The translations under genes were made by a program, and so were the position numbers. From contig CBFFSA010000002.1 of the NCBI GenBank assembly GCA_965644495.1, positions 62,001 to 126,000 of the forward strand: a stretch of 64,000 bases of DNA. The letters are read 5' to 3'. The DNA comes from Perkinsela sp. CCAP 1560/9 (taxonomy: Eukaryota; Protista; Euglenozoa: Kinetoplastea). Positions 58,724-64,000 of this stretch are shown piece after piece. Position 1 is the stretch's first letter; each line of letters opens with the position of its first letter. The notes under the pieces are model-generated. The model was not told the DNA's origin. It did no database searches and worked only from the letters and a program-made list of their open reading frames with translations.

Positions 58724-58762
58724 TATCTTACTCAACTATCTTACTCACAACTATCTTACTCA
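58724..58762. repeat. tatcttactca x3 tandem repeat
   Basis: Three copies directly downstream of the LRR stop codon. Confidence 0.75.
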
Positions 58763-58774
58763 GGATGACTATGT

Positions 58775-59484
58775 TCATGCTAACACAAATGCCGGCAAAG
58801 AATCGGGTTTAAAGGATGAGATCTGATTCCCCGTGACGTTAATACAGATCAGTGAATCAGGTAGCAAAGAAAAATCGGCTGCACCAGTAAATTGATTACG
58901 CGATAGATTCATTTCAACAATTAGAGGAGGAAGACACGATAAATTTAGCACACCTTCGAAGCGATTACCCACTATCCATAAGCTCTGTAGAGTAACAGGC
59001 AGTGTCGTGAAATCTACTACACCCGATAAAGCGTTATAACTGAGATCCAAATGCTCCAAATTGAAGGGTAGCTTCTCCGAAGGAAATTCTCCTGTCATAA
59101 GATTATCCGAGATAAAAAATACCTGTAGAGAAACCCAACGTGTATCGGTCTCAAGGACTCCGTTAAAAAAGTTACTGCTTGCATCGAAAGTCAGAATCGT
59201 ACTCGGAATATACAACCATGTAAGTAGGCCCCGTAGCATTCTCTTCGTCCAGTCAATTTCCACTATGGAATCCTGCGAATTACAAGTTATGCCCGACCAT
59301 TGACATCCTGGCGTGTGCGTTGTCCAGGTGCTATGACGGTTCTTAACGTGTTGTGTCAATCGTGCTAGGTCGAACTCCACAGGCAATGGTACGCAGTGAA
59401 CTTTGGAAGGACGCAATGGGGTGTCCACCACAAAAAATATGTTTTAAGCAAAAAATTCAGATAAATCGGAAATTTAGAAAACAT
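58775..59484 (-). pseudogene. Small LRR protein, family member 9; leader frameshifted (pseudogene or homopolymer error)
   Basis: The LRR frame (VDTPLRPSKVHCVPLPVEFDL) has no upstream ATG and an in-frame TAA four codons upstream. ATG 59484 gives MFSKFPIYLNFLLKTYF in another frame; one extra base in the A6 run at 59432-37 would join them. Confidence 0.65.
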
Positions 59485-59590
59485 TGCTTGTGATAGAAGC
59501 AATGTGTGGTCGGAATAAGTTAGCAGCGAGTAAAAAGTTAGAATACGTCGCACTTAAGTGTCCAGTAAAAGATATAGTGCGTATTACTAT

Positions 59591-60400
59591 TTAAGTCCGT
59601 GTAATGAACGAAGAATAATACATAAATTTTTCACAAGGAGTCAGTCCACTCCATGCCAAGCGCAGGGCGGGATAAACTTGCACTTTCCAACTGTCATTTG
59701 TTTCAAAAGAACCCTCTTTGTTGCCTTCTTGGTCGCTGCGAAATCGTTTTCTCATTTTGTCACGAAAATAACCTGTGTGCATGTGCTCAAAGAACTCAAA
59801 AGGCGTAAAACTGACGGATGTTTTATTTTTGTTAGCTGTACGATTATTGATCTCGTTTCTGCGTAGACTACCATGACCGACAGAAGCACATGTATAAAGA
59901 ATTTGCAATAAAGTCTCTTCCGTGTCACAATTATTACGACGCATCGACTGTTGCACAGCATACACGCGTTCAGTTTGCCGTGTCTGTTTCACCCTTTGTC
60001 TAATATAGGCCTTGTGCATTCGCAGCCCTATCGAAGAATATAATGAGTGATTCTCAATTTGAGATGAATACCAAAGATCGTTACCTGAATAATAGCAGGC
60101 GATGGAGGGCATAAAATAGTCAAGCTCTGTTTTCTCCACTAATAAATTATGATGTTTCGAGGATTTCCACCCTTTTTGAACAAAATAAACCATTTTCTGC
60201 TGTTCAAAAAAAGAAGGAAAAGCAATATCCCGAGAAGTATGTGAACTATAATTTGAAGATTTCGGAATCTTGGTATCCAGGAAGTTTGAAGTTGCAATTT
60301 TTGAGACGCCATCGTTTATAGAAACGGAATGTACTGCAGTTTTTGTCACATCGGAAAAGCGATCATATTCGTCACTGTCATCATCCCAATTAGTGAACAT
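59591..60400 (-). CDS. Hypothetical protein with a possible degenerate C-terminal HMG box
   Basis: Likely start MFTNWDDD (60400); TPFEFF...R and AWSGLTPCEKFMY. Confidence 0.5.
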   Translation of the reverse strand: MFTNWDDDSDEYDRFSDVTKTAVHSVSINDGVSKIATSNFLDTKIPKSSNYSSHTSRDIAFPSFFEQQKMVYFVQKGWKSSKHHNLLVEKTELDYFMPSIACYYSGNDLWYSSQIENHSLYSSIGLRMHKAYIRQRVKQTRQTERVYAVQQSMRRNNCDTEETLLQILYTCASVGHGSLRRNEINNRTANKNKTSVSFTPFEFFEHMHTGYFRDKMRKRFRSDQEGNKEGSFETNDSWKVQVYPALRLAWSGLTPCEKFMYYSSFITRT

Positions 60401-60811
60401 TTTTAAGGAGGAACAAAAGGTCTTATTTAGTCTGATTTGGGGTGTCACAAAATAATTACGACTTATGCTATGCTCCCCTTGAATAACTATAACGCACAAT
60501 AGCTAATAGGTTGAGTTCGATCAATATGTCGCAAAGAATATGACTGTAAAATGTATCTTCTATAAACTAATATTCATTGCTAACTCATAGAGGTAGACGG
60601 CGAGTGCCCTGGGACTCAATACTTTGAGATTAGCACAAAGAAGTTTAGACAATTTTTACGAAAAAATGGAGCAAACTGTTTAAAAAACGTTTGTTCCATC
60701 AATTTCCCATCAAAATTTTCGTTAGCATGATAGAACGGTGCCTTTGGTTCCAGGCAAATATAGCTACGGCGAAAGTCTCAACACATTGAGATCGCAGAGC
60801 AGGTAAAAGAA

Positions 60812-61684
60812 TTATCCTACCTTGACTTCGTACGGAAGAGGTTCAGGGCTATATTTTGAAAAATGATTCCCACTTAAATCCACTACGCGAATCGAATCCG
60901 GAATTGCCGAGGCATCTACGTGACCTGTGAACTGATTATTTTCCAAATACAGGTAACGCATTGATTTAGGTAGTGCTGTAATATTTATTGTTCCTGTAAA
61001 ATGGTTATTCGCAAGATGTAGTCGTTGCATATTTTGAGGAAGACATTCTAGTTCCAGCGATCCTGAAAAATTGTTTTTTGAGGCATACAAACGTGTCATC
61101 TGATAGGGTAGAGTAATCAAGGGAAGAGTGCCGACAAAACTATTTCCTATTATGTCCAATTCTTGGAGCATTGGAGGAAGGTCTTCCCAGTCTATGACAC
61201 CACAAAGCTGATTGCTACGAAGGTGAAGAATTTGCATACTTTTCGGCACGTCTCGCAGTATGAGCCTCCCGGTAAAACAATTTTCATCCACCACAAATTC
61301 ACGAACAGTGGGAGGAAGTTCAGCAAATTCTATTGTCCCTCGTAAAGAATTACTAGTAAATAGGGCCCCAAGATAGATGGTTTTAATCGTGTCTGGTAGA
61401 TGCGACCATTGTGGGTATCCTCCTATCCCTGTCATACTCCACTGCAAAGAGACAACTTGGCCTGAATCGTCGCAGATGACTCCCTTCCACAAACATGCGT
61501 CAGTATCCGTAGTCCACGAAACGTGAAGATTGGCGACGTTACGAAGGAAAATATCTAGGTGATATTCCGGAGGAAGTTGGGATCCACGAACCCGACCACG
61601 GAGCGAGGCAACATGTGCCGAGGAAGTATCATCCGCTGTGCTCACCAACAGTGCTGCATACCTTACATATCCAAACGAATACAT
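60812..61684 (-). CDS. Small LRR protein, family member 10
   Basis: LLVSTADD...LRGRVRGSQLPPEYHL, ACLWKGVIC, LP..L repeats. Confidence 0.9.
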   Translation of the reverse strand: MYSFGYVRYAALLVSTADDTSSAHVASLRGRVRGSQLPPEYHLDIFLRNVANLHVSWTTDTDACLWKGVICDDSGQVVSLQWSMTGIGGYPQWSHLPDTIKTIYLGALFTSNSLRGTIEFAELPPTVREFVVDENCFTGRLILRDVPKSMQILHLRSNQLCGVIDWEDLPPMLQELDIIGNSFVGTLPLITLPYQMTRLYASKNNFSGSLELECLPQNMQRLHLANNHFTGTINITALPKSMRYLYLENNQFTGHVDASAIPDSIRVVDLSGNHFSKYSPEPLPYEVKVG

Positions 61685-62028
61685 GAATTTTAAGCTTATG
61701 AGAACATAAACCTCTAATTGCCTACACTGCGTTGTGCTTTAATTGTGACTTGAATGTAGTAATAGAAGTATAAATACTCGGAAGATTTCTCCTGTAGCAA
61801 AATCAAAATAAATTTTATTCCGAAAGTGCAAAGAATTCAGACTGGGGATGACTCTTCTGAGTCATCTTCTGACGTAATATCAATTACGAAACGCGAACTT
61901 CTGATACTCAGAGAACGTACATGCAGACGCTGTATGTTATGGTTCGTACGATCAACTATAAAATAAATATAACATTTTCTAACGTAGCAACACTTTAATA
62001 AACTAAGAAGAATAGATCTCTTGTTTTC

Positions 62029-62646
62029 TTATCCCAGTCGCAAAACAACACGGGGTGGAACAAAAGCATCCTTAGGAACGACTTGTGCCCCCAAAATGTC
62101 CAAACGCTTCAAGCGCGTGGGCAATAAAAGAAAGTTGATTTCCCCAACAAAAGAGTTACCACTCAGGCTAAGAATTTCTAATGTGCTGGGAAGCTGTGTA
62201 AGATCTAGCGTACCTGAGAAAAAGTTTTCTTTCAAGTCAAGCAATCGCAGCTCAGGAGGCAGCACCGTCATATCCAGCTCTCCATGGTACTGTGCATGAA
62301 ACACGGAAAACAACACGAGTGTTCGGGGAAGCACTCCAAGAGGTAACGGGCCGTTTAAGTAGTTGACGCGAAAAAATTGCTCGTAACGTCCAGCGCCTAA
62401 GTTTATGTGCGTTACGTGCGGTGGTGTGTGTTCCCACCGCACACTACCGCGTAGGAGCATTCCCTGCCACGAAATATGCGAAACGACGCGGGAATCGACA
62501 CATTTCACACCCAACCAAGAGCACACAGGGGTGTGCGTCGTCCAGCTTTCGTGTGGATTCGCAATAGGCTGAATAAAATAAGCCATCTCGTACTCAGGTG
62601 GCAGGGAGTTGCCTCGGATGCGACAAGGGCGTATAAAGTCATTCAT
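62029..62646 (-). CDS. Small LRR protein, family member 11 (leaderless)
   Basis: IRPCRIRGNSLPPEYEM, PVCSWLGVKC, LP..L repeats. Confidence 0.85.
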   Translation of the reverse strand: MNDFIRPCRIRGNSLPPEYEMAYFIQPIANPHESWTTHTPVCSWLGVKCVDSRVVSHISWQGMLLRGSVRWEHTPPHVTHINLGAGRYEQFFRVNYLNGPLPLGVLPRTLVLFSVFHAQYHGELDMTVLPPELRLLDLKENFFSGTLDLTQLPSTLEILSLSGNSFVGEINFLLLPTRLKRLDILGAQVVPKDAFVPPRVVLRLG

Positions 62647-64000
62647 GCTGATTTTCTTAGAACAAAGAATGACACTACGTGTATTGGCAAAAAATTACTG
62701 TTGTAATTGTAATGAATCCACATATCAGGGACAATTTCCACAAAAAAGTTTCAATATTTATTGTCCCTAGTTGTTTCAACAATGGTTTGAGCCACCTGGG
62801 TTCCTGCCTGTCGCAGGAATTAAAATAACGGAAAATAGGTATACAAATAACATACAGTAGTGTATGTAGATAAATTTTTGTTTTTGAAAAAAGCGTCAAG
62901 TTAAAAAGATGTGAAAAAGGCGAATTAACCTTTTCTTTGACCTGAGCGTCCAACACCTCTCCTCATTAAGAACATGTGGCGAGCTCTGGATGAACAAGTA
63001 AAGTCTGCCTTATCGACCGAGCGCGAAGAATTTTGCGCGGGTTCAGGTGCTGTCTTCACCCCCGTCATTGCAGACGGGGTGACCGAGGGAGTCGCCACCA
63101 GCGACCTTGCAGAAGTCTTCTGTGGGTCACACTGGGTAGCACAGCGTACGCAAGATTACAATGGGTAACTATAGAATCTCCAAAGATTGCGCTCGTGTAT
63201 GTAATGCATAAATGTACTGCATGTAAGGGAGATACAACGTCATACAGTATGTTACTAACCGTTGCCAACATTATCTTGTGTGATTCTGACAAAAAGTACT
63301 TTGCGATAGTTTTTCAGAAAGCAAAATGCTGCATTTTTCATGAACAAAAGTAATTTCGAAACAACTGCGTCAAACAGTGTGATCATCACGATAGATACTT
63401 AATAGTAGTAATTAATAATAAACCAAAGTACCAGTAGTAATACAGTAGTACTTAGAGGGCTGTAGATACTTAGAGGGCTGAAACTAGAGATTTACGATCC
63501 CGGCCGATCCCACCGGTCCTGGTTGAATTTACGTGGAAGAAAAGATTTGGTGAAAACGCGAGTTCTAGAAATTCGACGAAAGAAAGAGCAACTATTTTTG
63601 AGGAAACTCATTCAATTGTTAAAAATCAAAAACAATGTGCATATGAAGGTACTGACCACCCCACTTAAACGCAACCAGGTTTTGGCCTAAAATTGCGCAT
63701 AAACAGCCCCATAAAAGGGGGTGAAAAAATTTTTTTGCGACGCTTCGCGGCGCGTGTTTCTATCATGAGTTATATACGCGGGGTACCCTTCGGGGCTGCT
63801 TTTTGTATACTATCCCCCCTAGCAATCCGCTTTCTGCTTTTGGTCTTGTTCCCCCTTCTTCCTCTACGGTCCTCCAAAGTCGATATCAAAAGCGATGTCC
63901 CATTCTTCTGACACGGATCGTTGCATGTATAAGAATGATTTATGTGGCGCGATAGTGTCTGAGGTACATGAATGGGTTGGAACCGCAGCCATTCCAAAAG

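Noticed and set aside
62675-64000. Short ORFs at the window end
   Set aside because: No recognisable product. 63770-64000 may be the 3' end of a minus-strand gene entering from the next window, but the frame cannot be chosen.
1-64000. tRNA/rRNA genes
   Set aside because: No cloverleaf or rRNA-like segment was found by eye; isolated GTTCGA matches lack supporting stems. tRNAscan-SE or Infernal would be decisive.

Overview
This is eukaryotic DNA from a gene-dense, apparently intronless kinetoplastid. It is probably a Perkinsela-like prokinetoplastid, which is an inference. About 34 credible genes all lie on the minus strand, consistent with one polycistronic unit, and several have pyrimidine/AG trans-splice acceptors. 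Lineage markers are a KKT2/3-type kinetochore kinase, a kinetoplastid-type uS5m, a likely ATP synthase subunit k and a soluble HMG-CoA reductase with a mitochondrial-type presequence. Other genes include ATAD5/ELG1 (missed by the ORF track), RFC3, HOP2, eIF5B, DBP8, a SNF2-PHD helicase, THO2, a RING-H2 ligase, GPR89, MVD, a MYST HAT, ASNSD1, a JmjC protein and transketolase. Four things stand out. (1) Seven strong and one weak 1-1.7 kb GC-rich islands in which the + strand flips abruptly from C-rich to G-rich. The flip always has the same polarity, ignores gene boundaries and imposes Pro-rich then Gly-rich tracts on unrelated proteins. (2) Eleven dispersed small LRR genes, most sharing a hydrophobic leader, [ST][AV]D and an RPSK[VI]RGxxLPxEY-like motif. 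(3) TA-flanked Tc1/mariner/pogo-like MITEs. (4) A NELF-A-like protein and an OST-HTH insert in ASNSD1. All homology calls come from motif recognition by eye; no searches were run.
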